Positions 1 to 9,230 of a DNA stretch of 64,000 nucleotides are shown in pieces (position 1 is the first letter of the stretch; each line of letters starts with the position of its first letter). The position numbers and the translations under genes were made by a program. The stretch is from Sphingomonadales bacterium (lineage in GTDB: Bacteria > Pseudomonadota > Alphaproteobacteria > Sphingomonadales > Sphingomonadaceae): assembly GCA_037131365.1 (NCBI GenBank), contig JBAXRE010000004.1, positions 71,508-135,507 of the forward strand. Reading direction: 5' to 3'. A model generated the notes under the pieces. That model was not told where the DNA came from. It searched no databases and saw only the letters and a list, made by a program, of their open reading frames with translations.

Positions 1-429
1 GACCGGCTGGCCGCCATTGCCGGCATTGCCGATGGCACCATCACCATCCTGTCTTCGGGCCATGATCCCCTGAGCCAGGAAGACAAGCGCCAGCCCTTCG
101 CCGATGCCCGTGCCGGCATGGCGGGTGCCGAAACCCTGCTGGCGCTGGGCCTGGGCCTGGTGCGCGACGCCGTTGTCACCCTGCCGCAGCTGGTGGCGAT
201 GCTCAGCACCAATCCGGCCCGGCGCTTTGGACTGGTCGCCGGAACGCTGCAACTTGGCGCACCGGCCGACCTCGTGGTCTTTGATCCCGATGCGCCGTGG
301 CGTATCGACGGCGACCAGTTTCACGGCGCCGGCAATACCCCGTTTGACGGGTTGCCCACGGCTGGGCGCGTCCGCCTTACCATCAAGGGCGGCGACATTG
401 TTTGGGAGGATCGGGTTTGGCGGGCGTGA
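1..429 (+). CDS. pyrC: Dihydroorotase / amidohydrolase, 3' part (gene starts before the window)
   Basis: Frame 1 is open from base 1: ...TILSSGHDPLSQEDKRQPF...GMAGAETLL...STNPARRFGL...ADLVVFDP...NTPFDG, the typical dihydroorotase C-terminus. Confidence 0.85.
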   Translation, partial: DRLAAIAGIADGTITILSSGHDPLSQEDKRQPFADARAGMAGAETLLALGLGLVRDAVVTLPQLVAMLSTNPARRFGLVAGTLQLGAPADLVVFDPDAPWRIDGDQFHGAGNTPFDGLPTAGRVRLTIKGGDIVWEDRVWRA

Positions 430-1712
430 AGGCTTTGGGCGCACTGCTGGTGCTGGCACTGATTGCCGGCGATCCGGCGCTGGCAGCCCGCAAGAAAAAG
501 GGCAAGAAGGGCCGCGCCAGCCGCCCCGCCGCCGCTGCACCCGCCCCGGCCCGTGCCACGCCGCCGCCGCCATCCGTGCGCCAGGGGGTCGAACTGTGGC
601 GTGCCGGCAAGTGGGATGAAGCGGTCGCCATGTGGCAGCCCTTTGCTCAGGATGGCGACGCCGATGCCATGTTCAACATGGGCCAGGCCTACAAGCTGGG
701 CCGCGGCGTGCCGCTGGACAAGACGCTGGCGCGCGACTGGTATCGCAGAGCCGCCGTGAAGGGCCATCTGCCGGCGCAGGCCAATCTGGGCATCCTGCAG
801 TTCCAGGCCGCCGAAAAGGCCGAAGCCGTGCGCTGGCTGAAGGCCGCCGCCGACCGGGGCGAGATGCGGGCGCAATATGTGCTGGGCATCGTCCACTGGA
901 ACGGTGATGGTGCCCAGAAATCGCTGCCTTTGGCCTATGCCTATCTGGTGCGCGCCGCCGCGCAAGGCCTGCCCGAAGCCACCAAGGCGCTCAATGAACT
1001 GAGCCAGACCATCCAGCCGATCGACCGCGCCAATGGCTGGCAGATCGCCACGGCGCTGGCCAATGGCAGCGGCATCCCGGCCCAGTTCAACCCCGGCATC
1101 CAGCCGCCACCGATGATGGCCGTGACCACCCCGCCGCCGCCGGTGACCGTGGTCAGCATGCCGGCGGGCAACCCGGCCGCCACGCCGGCGGCCGGCATGG
1201 GCGTCACCACCGCCGCACTGAACGACGCCGCGCTGAAGGCCGCCGAAGCCGGCACGCCCCCGGCCGATCTGGCCGCCGGTGCCCAGCCGCTGCCGCTGGC
1301 CGCCGCCACGGCGCCATCCGCCCCAGCCGCCGTCACCCCGCCGCCATCACCCCCCACCCGCACAGCCGAAGCTGCCCGCGCTGCCGCGGAAAAGAAGGCC
1401 GCTGACCGCAAGCTGGCGGAAAAGAAACTGGCCGAAAAGAAGGCCGCCGAGGCCAAGGCCGCCGCCGAAAAGGAAACCGGCTGGCGCATCCAGCTTGGCA
1501 CCTACCCCAACCAGAAAAGCGCCCAGGCCGCCTTCAACAAACTCGCCGCCGCCAACCGCAAAGAGCTGAAGGGCCTGCACCCCACCTACGGCAAGTTTGG
1601 CGGCAATTACCGCCTGCAAGTCGGCCCCTTCCCGACACGCGAAGAGGCGAACAAGGGCTGCAAGACGCTGGAAATCGGCAAGAACGGCTGCTTCGCGTTC
1701 AATATCGATTGA
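426..1712 (+). CDS. Secreted Sel1-repeat protein with Pro/Ala-rich linker and C-terminal SPOR domain
   Basis: GTG at 426 overlaps the pyrC stop (GTGA). Signal-peptide-like N-terminus, Sel1 motifs (AMFNMGQAYKLGRGV, AQYVLGIVHWNGDG), and SPOR-like WRIQLGTY...YRLQVGPF...C..L...C. Confidence 0.85.
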   Translation: MKALGALLVLALIAGDPALAARKKKGKKGRASRPAAAAPAPARATPPPPSVRQGVELWRAGKWDEAVAMWQPFAQDGDADAMFNMGQAYKLGRGVPLDKTLARDWYRRAAVKGHLPAQANLGILQFQAAEKAEAVRWLKAAADRGEMRAQYVLGIVHWNGDGAQKSLPLAYAYLVRAAAQGLPEATKALNELSQTIQPIDRANGWQIATALANGSGIPAQFNPGIQPPPMMAVTTPPPPVTVVSMPAGNPAATPAAGMGVTTAALNDAALKAAEAGTPPADLAAGAQPLPLAAATAPSAPAAVTPPPSPPTRTAEAARAAAEKKAADRKLAEKKLAEKKAAEAKAAAEKETGWRIQLGTYPNQKSAQAAFNKLAAANRKELKGLHPTYGKFGGNYRLQVGPFPTREEANKGCKTLEIGKNGCFAFNID

Positions 1713-1744
1713 GAAGGGCGCGGGCGGCACGGAGAGCAAGAATT

Positions 1745-1779
1745 GGCCTCCGCCCCGGGCCTGAGCCGGGTCGGAGGCC
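1745..1779. terminator. GC-rich hairpin between convergent genes (probable terminator)
   Basis: GGCCTCCG-C-CCCGG / CCGGG-T-CGGAGGCC stem between the SPOR gene and the oxidoreductase stop. Confidence 0.5.
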
Positions 1780-1793
1780 CTTCTGCTTTGAAA

Positions 1794-4700
1794 TCAAGCC
1801 GCCTGCGCTGACACCAATCCCGGCCATTTCGCCCACAGCGCCTCGCGGCGCTTCATCACGTCTGCGCGGGCCTTGTCCTTCACCGGGCCGAAACCGCGCA
1901 CGTCCTGCGGCAGTTTGGCGATGGCGATGGCCAGCCCGATGTTGGCCGGATTGATGTCGGCACACAGGCGCTCAACGTCGGCTTCGAAGGCGGCGATGTC
2001 GGCGCGCTCGTGGCGGCGTTCCTCGCTGTAGCCGAAGATGTCGAGCGCGGTGCCGCGCAGGCCCTTCAGTTTCGCCAGAACGCCGAACGCCTTGAAAATC
2101 CACGGGCCGAAGCTGATCTTCTTCGGGCGGCCCGTCGCCGGATCGGTGCGGGTGAGCAGCGGCGGGGCGAGCAGCACACGTGGCTTGCCGCCTGAGAATT
2201 GGGCGGCATAGGCGGCCTGGAAGCGGCCATCGGAATAGAGGCGGGCGACCTCATATTCGTCCTTGTAGGCCATCAGCTTGTAGAGGCTCTTGGCGACGGC
2301 TTCGGCAAAGGCGTCCCCGCCGGCGGTGCGGGCCTTGTCCACCGTGGCCATGAAGCGCGCGGCATAGGCAGCGTCCTGATAGAGCACCAGATCGGCCTGC
2401 CGCCGGGCGATCATCTCGTCCAGCGTGGTGGCCGGCGGTTCCGGCTGCGGCCCGCGCGTGGCCTCCACCAGCGCCAGCACCTGATCGGGCCTTGTGGCGA
2501 GCAGGCGGCCGAGCGCAAAGGCCTTCTTGTTGAAGGGGATGGCGACACCGTTCAGATCGATGGCGGCCTCGATGCTCTCCCGCTTCAGCGGGATCAGGCC
2601 CTTCTGCCAGGCATAGCCCATCAGCAGGATGTTGCTGCCGATGGCATCGCCCAGCAGCGCGGTCGCTACCGTGTCCGCTGCCACAAAATCGCAGGCGTTG
2701 GGGTTGGCGGCCTTGCGGATGGCGCGCTCCACCTGGGCGGAGCGGAAATCGAAATCGCGGTTGCGCACGAAATCGGCGGTGGCGGCGATATCGGCATTGG
2801 CGATCACGGCGGTGCGATCCGGCACCATCAGGCTCTGCGTCGGTTTGTCGGCGGCGACGACCGCATCGCAGGCGAGCACCAGATCGGCGCTGCCGGCCAT
2901 GATGCGCGGGCTCAGCAGATCATCGTCGGTCTGGGCGATGCGGACATGGCTATACACCGCGCCGCCTTTCTGGGCGAGGCCGGCCATGTCGGCCGTGGTG
3001 CTGGCCAGGCCTTCGATATGCGCGGCGGTGCCGAGCAGGGCGGAGACGGTGAGCACGCCGGTGCCGCCGATGCCGGTCACCATGATGTTGAAGCCATGCC
3101 CCGCCGCCGGCACGACCGGATCGGCGATGCCATCCAGGCTGAAATCGGCCTTCGACTTCTTCACCGCCGCGTCATCCACGGTGACGAAGCTGGGGCAGAA
3201 GCCCTTCACGCAGCTGTAATCCTTGTTGCAGCTCGACTGGTTGATGCGGCGCTTGCGGCCGAATTCGGTTTCCAGCGGCTCCACCGAGACGCAGTTGGAC
3301 TGCGCCGAACAGTCGCCGCAGCCTTCGCACACGGCGCTGTTGATGAAGACGCGGCGGGCGGGATCGACCATCTGGCCGCGCTTGCGCCGCCGGCGCTTTT
3401 CGGCGGCGCAGGTCTGATCGAAGATGATGACGGTGCAGCCGGGCGTGGCGGCGAATTCCTGGGAGACATTCTCCAGCTCGCCGCGATCGAACAGGCGCAC
3501 CGCCGGTGGCAGGGTCACGCCCTTGTAGCGATCAAGATCCTCGGTCAGCACCACCACCTTCTTCGCATGTTCGGCCAGCATCTGCGCGGCGATCTGGTCG
3601 ACACTGATTTCGCCGTCGTGCTTCTGGCCGCCGGTCATGGCGACCGCGTCGTTGTAGAGGATCTTGTAGGTGATGTTGACGCCGGCCGCGATCGACTGGC
3701 GGATGGCGAGCAGGCCGGAGTGGAAATAGGTGCCGTCACCGAGATTGGCGAACACATGTTTTTCACCCACGAACGGCGCTTCGCCGACCCAGGTCACGCC
3801 TTCGCCGCCCATCTGGGTGAAGGTTTCGGCGCGGTCCATCCACAGCGCCATGATGTGGCAGCCGATGCCGGCCAGCGCCCGCTGGCCCTCGGGCGCCTTG
3901 GTGGAGCTGTTGTGCGGGCAGCCGGAGCAGAAATAGGGGCTGCGCTTCACCGGCGTCACGTGCGCGGCGGCCTTGCCGGCCTGATCACGGAAGAAGGCGA
4001 GCGCGCTGCGGATGCGGTCGGTGTCGTGGAAATGCTGCAGGCGCGCCGCGATCACATGGGCGATGACACCGGGGGAGAGTTCGTTGTCGGGGGACAGCAG
4101 CCACTCGCCGCTCTCGTCATGCTTGCCGACGACGCGCGGGCGCACAGACTCGCGCCAGTTGTAGAGCTGCCACTTCAGCTGATGCTCGATGAACTCGCGC
4201 TTTTCCTCGATGACGAGGACTTCTTCCAGGCCTTCGGCAAAGGCGCGGATGCCGGTCGGCTCCAGCGGCCACGGCATGCCAACCTTGTAAACGCGCAGGC
4301 CGATGCTGGCCGCGACGCGCTCGTCAATGCCCAGTTCCTGCAGCGCCTCCATCGTGTCGGCATGGGCCTTGCCGGTGGTGACGATGCCGATGCGGGGCTT
4401 GGGGCTGTCCCAGATGATGCGGTCGATGCCGTTGGCACGCGCGAAGGCCAGCGCGGCGAAGCCCTTGTAGCGTTGCAGGCGGGTGTCTTCCTCCCGCCAG
4501 ATGTCGCCGGGGCGGATGTGGACGCCGCCGTCGGGAAATTCGAATTCGGGGATGATGATCTGGCGGTTCTCGTGCGCAAGATCGATGGTGGCGCTGGTTT
4601 CCACCGTGTCGGCCGTGGCCTTGAAGCCAACCCAGGTGCCGGCAAAGCGGCTCATGGCGATGCCCAGCAGGCCATATTCAACAAATTCATGGACCGAGGC

Positions 4701-5225
4701 CGGGGCCAGGAACGGCACGAAGGCGGCCTGGAAATTATGGTCGCTCTGGTGGGGCAGGGTGGAGGACTTGGCGCCATGATCATCGCCGACGATGGCAAGC
4801 ACGCCGCCGTGGGCCGAGGTGCCGGCGGCATTGCCATGCTTGATCACGTCCATGGCGCGATCAAGGCCGGGGCCCTTGCCGTACCAGATGCCGAACACGC
4901 CGTCCTTCTGCGCCTTGGGGTTCAGCGCCACATGCTGCGTGCCCCACACGGCGGTGGCAGCCAGTTCCTCGTTCACGCCGGGAACGAAGTGAATATCCTG
5001 CTCTTTCAGCCACTTCTTGGCGCGCCACAGCTCCTGATCATAACCGCCCAGCGGCGAGCCGCGATAGCCGGAGATGAAGCCGGCGGTGTTGAGCCCAGCG
5101 GCGGCATCGCGCCATTTCTGCACCAGCGGCAGCCGCACCAGCGCCTGCACGCCCGACATGAACACCCGCCCGTCGCGGAAGCGATATTTGTCGTCGAGAC
5201 TGACGGGCGGCAAACCTGCAACCAT
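1794..5225 (-). CDS. Indolepyruvate ferredoxin oxidoreductase family protein (fused alpha/beta)
   Basis: GFISGYRGSPLGG, GIWYGKGPG, FCSGCPHN, TPP-binding GDGTYFHSG, ferredoxin CEGCGDC and DUF6537-like KLMAYKDEYEVARL. Start re-picked at ATG 5225 (MVAGLPP). Confidence 0.93.
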   Translation of the reverse strand: MVAGLPPVSLDDKYRFRDGRVFMSGVQALVRLPLVQKWRDAAAGLNTAGFISGYRGSPLGGYDQELWRAKKWLKEQDIHFVPGVNEELAATAVWGTQHVALNPKAQKDGVFGIWYGKGPGLDRAMDVIKHGNAAGTSAHGGVLAIVGDDHGAKSSTLPHQSDHNFQAAFVPFLAPASVHEFVEYGLLGIAMSRFAGTWVGFKATADTVETSATIDLAHENRQIIIPEFEFPDGGVHIRPGDIWREEDTRLQRYKGFAALAFARANGIDRIIWDSPKPRIGIVTTGKAHADTMEALQELGIDERVAASIGLRVYKVGMPWPLEPTGIRAFAEGLEEVLVIEEKREFIEHQLKWQLYNWRESVRPRVVGKHDESGEWLLSPDNELSPGVIAHVIAARLQHFHDTDRIRSALAFFRDQAGKAAAHVTPVKRSPYFCSGCPHNSSTKAPEGQRALAGIGCHIMALWMDRAETFTQMGGEGVTWVGEAPFVGEKHVFANLGDGTYFHSGLLAIRQSIAAGVNITYKILYNDAVAMTGGQKHDGEISVDQIAAQMLAEHAKKVVVLTEDLDRYKGVTLPPAVRLFDRGELENVSQEFAATPGCTVIIFDQTCAAEKRRRRKRGQMVDPARRVFINSAVCEGCGDCSAQSNCVSVEPLETEFGRKRRINQSSCNKDYSCVKGFCPSFVTVDDAAVKKSKADFSLDGIADPVVPAAGHGFNIMVTGIGGTGVLTVSALLGTAAHIEGLASTTADMAGLAQKGGAVYSHVRIAQTDDDLLSPRIMAGSADLVLACDAVVAADKPTQSLMVPDRTAVIANADIAATADFVRNRDFDFRSAQVERAIRKAANPNACDFVAADTVATALLGDAIGSNILLMGYAWQKGLIPLKRESIEAAIDLNGVAIPFNKKAFALGRLLATRPDQVLALVEATRGPQPEPPATTLDEMIARRQADLVLYQDAAYAARFMATVDKARTAGGDAFAEAVAKSLYKLMAYKDEYEVARLYSDGRFQAAYAAQFSGGKPRVLLAPPLLTRTDPATGRPKKISFGPWIFKAFGVLAKLKGLRGTALDIFGYSEERRHERADIAAFEADVERLCADINPANIGLAIAIAKLPQDVRGFGPVKDKARADVMKRREALWAKWPGLVSAQAA

Positions 5226-5338
5226 GGTGCGATTCCTGATCGATAATTGGTCAATAATACTGTCCTTTTGCAGCTGGCGCAAGTGATGCGGGAAGCCACG
5301 CACTCGGCAGCCCCGGGCGGCCATGCTAGCCTTGCCGC

Positions 5339-6031
5339 GTGCCCGTCCTGACCGTCGCCAGCTACAATATCCACAAGGCCGTCGGCAGCGATGGTCGCTG
5401 CGATCCGGCGCGGATTCTGGATGTGATCGATGAAATTGGCGCCGATGTCGCGCTGCTGCAGGAGGCGGACACGCGGCTGGGCATCCGGTCGTCGGTGTTG
5501 CCGCCGGCCCTGCTGGCAGCGCGCGGCTGGCAGGCGGCGCCGCTGTCGCTGCAGCCGGCGGCGATGGGTTGGCATGGCAATGCCGTTCTGGTGCGCGGGG
5601 CGGCGCGCCTGGCCCATGCCTGGCCGGTGACGCTGCCGGCGCTGGAGCCGCGCGGCGCCGTGATCGCCGACATTGCCCATGGCAGCCACACGCTGCGCCT
5701 GGTGGGTGCGCACCTTGATCTGACCGGCCTGCTGCGCGCCCGCCAGGCCCGCACTGTGGTGGCGGCGGCGGCGCGGGCGCCGGGCGCGTTGCCCGAATTG
5801 GTGATGGGCGATTTCAACGAGTGGCGGCGGCTGGGCGCGCTGGCGCCGCTGGCCCGGCATTGGCGCGAACTGGTGCTTGGCCCCAGCTTCCCGGCGCGGC
5901 TGCCGATCGGCCGGCTGGACCGCGCCTTCGCGCATCCGGCGCTGGGGCATCTGGCTGCCGGGGTGCACGCCTCCGCCCTGGCCCGGCAGGCGTCCGATCA
6001 TCTGCCGATCTGGGTGCGGCTGAGCGGATGA
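5339..6031 (+). CDS. Endonuclease/exonuclease/phosphatase (EEP, YbhP-like) protein
   Basis: VASYNIHK, LLQEAD, VMGDFNEW, LDRAF and ASDHLP motifs. Confidence 0.9.
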   Translation: MPVLTVASYNIHKAVGSDGRCDPARILDVIDEIGADVALLQEADTRLGIRSSVLPPALLAARGWQAAPLSLQPAAMGWHGNAVLVRGAARLAHAWPVTLPALEPRGAVIADIAHGSHTLRLVGAHLDLTGLLRARQARTVVAAAARAPGALPELVMGDFNEWRRLGALAPLARHWRELVLGPSFPARLPIGRLDRAFAHPALGHLAAGVHASALARQASDHLPIWVRLSG

Positions 6032-7419
6032 CGGCGCAGATAGTCTCCCTGTGTGCCAGCCGCGCCGGCGAAAGCGCGGTGCAGCTGCTGGAGGATGGGC
6101 CGCAGGCGCTGGCGGTGCGCATCGCCCTGGTGCGGCGGGCGCGGGTGAGCATCGACGCGCAATATTATATCTGGCGCGACGATGTGTCGGGCTGCCTGCT
6201 GCTGGCGGAGCTGATCGCGGCGGCCGCCCGCGGGGTGAAGGTGCGGCTGCTGCTTGATGATTTCGGCAGCCCCCGCATCACCCGCCATGTGCCGGCACAG
6301 CCGGGGCTGGAGGTGCGGCTGTTCAACCCGGTGCGCCTGGCATGGCCGCGCTGGCTGAACTGGCTGTTCGATTTTCCGCGCCTCAACCGCCGGATGCACA
6401 ACAAGAGCCTGACAGTCGATGGCATCGCCACCATCTTGGGTGGCCGCAACATCGGCGATGAATATTTCGACGCCAGCCACCCCGGGCTGGCCGCCGATCT
6501 CGACGTATTGGTCATCGGTGCGGCCGCCGCCGAGATGGGGCGGCAATTCGCCCGTTACTGGCAGGCGGGCGTGCCGCTGCGCCCCGCCGCTGGGGCGGTG
6601 CTTCCGGCGGATTCCGGCCCGCAGCGCAGCGCCGCGCTGGCCGCAGCCGCCAGCCCGGCCACCGCCGCCCGGGTCGACGCCGGGGCGCCGTTCCACTGGA
6701 GCCCGGTACGAATCTTTTGCGACCCGCCCGGCAAGATTGCCGGCGAAGTGGCGGAAACGGCGCTGCTGCTGCCGCGCCTGCTGCACGCGCTGGGCCCGGT
6801 GACCCGGCGTTTCCTGCTGGTATCGGCCTATTTCATCCCGACGCCGGCAGTGGCGGCGCTGCTTGGCGCGCTGGCGGGGCAGGGGGTGCGGGTGGACGTG
6901 CTGACCAACAGCCTGGTTTCGAACAATGTGGCGCTGGTCCACGCCTGGTACGCGCCGTGGCGGCGGCGCCTGCTGGCAGTGGGGGTGCATCTGTGGGAAA
7001 TGCGCGGCGCGCCGGGTGCCCGGGCCCGGCTGGGGCTGGTGCCGCGCAGCCTGATGGTGCGGCTGCGCCGGCCGCCAGGAAAGACCGCCTTCTTCCGGGC
7101 CAGCGCCTCGGCCCTCCACGCCAAGACTCTGGTGGCCGATGGCCGCTGGTTGTTCGTGGGATCAATGAATGTCGATGAGCGGTCGCTGCACCTCAACACC
7201 GAAATGGGCTGCCTGATCGATTCGCCGGCGCTGGCCGGCCAGCTGGAACGCGCGCTTGCCCACAGCCTGCCGCGCTTTGCCTGGGCGGTGGAAACCCACG
7301 CCGGCGCGCTGGCCTGGCGCGGGGAGGAGGGGCTGATCCAGCCGGAACCCGGCACCAACGCCGCCAAGCGCGCCCTGTTCCGGCTGATCGGGCTGTTGCC
7401 ACTGGGGCAATTGTTCTGA
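6028..7419 (+). CDS. Phospholipase D family protein, cardiolipin synthase ClsC-like
   Basis: Two HKD motifs (RMHNKSLTVD...GGRNIGDEYF; LHAKTLVAD...GSMNVDERS..LNTEMG). ATG at 6028 overlaps the EEP stop (ATGA). Confidence 0.9.
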   Translation: MTAQIVSLCASRAGESAVQLLEDGPQALAVRIALVRRARVSIDAQYYIWRDDVSGCLLLAELIAAAARGVKVRLLLDDFGSPRITRHVPAQPGLEVRLFNPVRLAWPRWLNWLFDFPRLNRRMHNKSLTVDGIATILGGRNIGDEYFDASHPGLAADLDVLVIGAAAAEMGRQFARYWQAGVPLRPAAGAVLPADSGPQRSAALAAAASPATAARVDAGAPFHWSPVRIFCDPPGKIAGEVAETALLLPRLLHALGPVTRRFLLVSAYFIPTPAVAALLGALAGQGVRVDVLTNSLVSNNVALVHAWYAPWRRRLLAVGVHLWEMRGAPGARARLGLVPRSLMVRLRRPPGKTAFFRASASALHAKTLVADGRWLFVGSMNVDERSLHLNTEMGCLIDSPALAGQLERALAHSLPRFAWAVETHAGALAWRGEEGLIQPEPGTNAAKRALFRLIGLLPLGQLF

Positions 7420-7448
7420 ATGCCAGCCGGGCCGCGCGCCGTTGCGGT

Positions 7449-9140
7449 TCAGCTCAGCCCTCCGATCCGGCCCAGCGCATCAAGGTGGATGCCCACGGCC
7501 GACGGCACCCTGGGCAGGCCCGGCATGGTGGCGATTTCGCCCATCAGGGCGACGATGAAGCCGGCGCCGGCGGAGAGCTTGAGTTCGCGCACCGGCAGGT
7601 CGTGGCCGGTGGTGGCACCGCGCGCTTTCTCGTCGGCGGTGAAGCTGTACGGCGTCTTGGCGATGCACACCGGCAGATTGGCCAGCCCTTCGGCGCGCAG
7701 CGCGGCCAGCTGCTTCTGCGCTGCCGGTGAGAGGGTGACGCTGCCGGCGCGGTGGATGCGGGTGGCGACGGTTTCCAGCGCCGCCAGCACATCGGTGCCG
7801 GTGGCGTAGAGCAGCGCAAAGCGCGCGTGCGGATCGTGGTTGGCATCGGCCAGCGCGGCGACACTGTGGGCGAGATCTTCGGCACCGGCCGGGCCGTCGG
7901 CCCAGTGGCGGCACAGATGGGCGGGCACGCCCAGCACGTCGCGGCAATGGGCCAGCACCTGGACCTGTTCGTCCGGCAGATCGCTGGTGAAGGCGTTGAT
8001 GGCCACCGCCACCGGCAGGCCCAGGCCTTGCAGATTTTCGACATGGCGGGCCAGCACCTCCAGCCCGCGATCCAGCGCCGCCGGATCGGCCTGGCCCAGA
8101 TCGGCCAGCGCCATGCCGCCGTGATATTTCAGCGCCCGCACCGTGGCGACCACCACCGCCGCCGCCGGCGCGAGCCCGGCGGAACGGCACTTGATGTGGC
8201 AGAATTTCTCCGCGCCCAGATCGGCGCCGAAGCCGGCTTCGGTGACGGCGAATTCGCCCAGCGCCAGCGCCGCGCGCGTGGCGATCACGCTGTTGCAGCC
8301 GTGGGCGATGTTGGCGAAGGGGCCGCCGTGGATCAGCGCCCCCGAACCGTGGATGGTCTGCACGAGGTTGGGCTGCATCGCTTCCAGCAGCAGCGCCGCC
8401 ATCGCCCCGGCTGCGCCAACATCGCCGGCGGTGACGGGATTGCCCGCCGTGTCCTTGGCGAAGCGGATGCGGGCGAGGCGGGCCTGCAGGTCCGCCATGT
8501 CGCTGGCGAGGCAGAGGATGGCCATCACTTCCGATGCGACGGTGATGTCAAAGCCGGTCTCGCGCAGCGGGTGGTTGCCGGTTCCCATGCCCGAAACGAT
8601 CTGGCGCAGGGCGCGGTCGTTCATGTCGATGACGCGCTTCCAGCTGATCGTGCGCGGGTTGATCGGTGCGCCCGACGGCATGGCGGTGCCGAAATGGACG
8701 GCATTGTCGATCATCGCCGCCAGCAGATTGTGGGCCGAGGTGATGGCGTGGAAATCGCCGGTGAAGTGCAGGTTGATCTTCTCCATCGGCACCACCTGCG
8801 CCTGGCCGCCGCCGGTGGCGCCGCCCTTGCGGCCGAACACCGGGCCCAGGCTGGGTTCGCGCAGCGCGATCACCGCCTTGCGGCCGATGCGGTTCAGGGC
8901 GTCGGCCAGGCCGATGGTGGTGGTGGTCTTGCCTTCGCCGGCCGGCGTGGGGTTGACGGCGGTGACGAGGATCAGCTTGCCGGCGGTACGGCCGCGCAGT
9001 TGTGCCACCGTTTCGCCCGACAATTTGGCGATATGGGGGCCGTAAGTTTCGATGGCCGACGCGGCGAGGCCCAGATCGGCGGCAACGGCCGCGATGGGGC
9101 GCAATGTCGCTGCGCGTGCGATTTCAATGTCCGATGCCAT
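7449..9140 (-). CDS. fhs: Formate--tetrahydrofolate ligase
   Basis: MASDIEIARA start, TPAGEGKTTT, REPSLGPVFGRKGGATGGG, HGGPFANIAHG, TEAGFGADLGAEKF. The track's longer ORF is an upstream shadow extension. Confidence 0.97.
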   Translation of the reverse strand: MASDIEIARAATLRPIAAVAADLGLAASAIETYGPHIAKLSGETVAQLRGRTAGKLILVTAVNPTPAGEGKTTTTIGLADALNRIGRKAVIALREPSLGPVFGRKGGATGGGQAQVVPMEKINLHFTGDFHAITSAHNLLAAMIDNAVHFGTAMPSGAPINPRTISWKRVIDMNDRALRQIVSGMGTGNHPLRETGFDITVASEVMAILCLASDMADLQARLARIRFAKDTAGNPVTAGDVGAAGAMAALLLEAMQPNLVQTIHGSGALIHGGPFANIAHGCNSVIATRAALALGEFAVTEAGFGADLGAEKFCHIKCRSAGLAPAAAVVVATVRALKYHGGMALADLGQADPAALDRGLEVLARHVENLQGLGLPVAVAINAFTSDLPDEQVQVLAHCRDVLGVPAHLCRHWADGPAGAEDLAHSVAALADANHDPHARFALLYATGTDVLAALETVATRIHRAGSVTLSPAAQKQLAALRAEGLANLPVCIAKTPYSFTADEKARGATTGHDLPVRELKLSAGAGFIVALMGEIATMPGLPRVPSAVGIHLDALGRIGGLS

Positions 9141-9230
9141 GATTCCCCGCCATAAGGTCCGCCGTGATGGACCGTCCGGCGCGCCTACTATATGCGCAGG
9201 CTGGCGGGAAGGAGCCTGTTGGTCGCCCCT

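Noticed and set aside
1050-1480. Tandem repeats in the SPOR protein linker
   Set aside because: Low-complexity Pro/Ala/Lys coding sequence typical of SPOR linkers, not a discrete DNA repeat.
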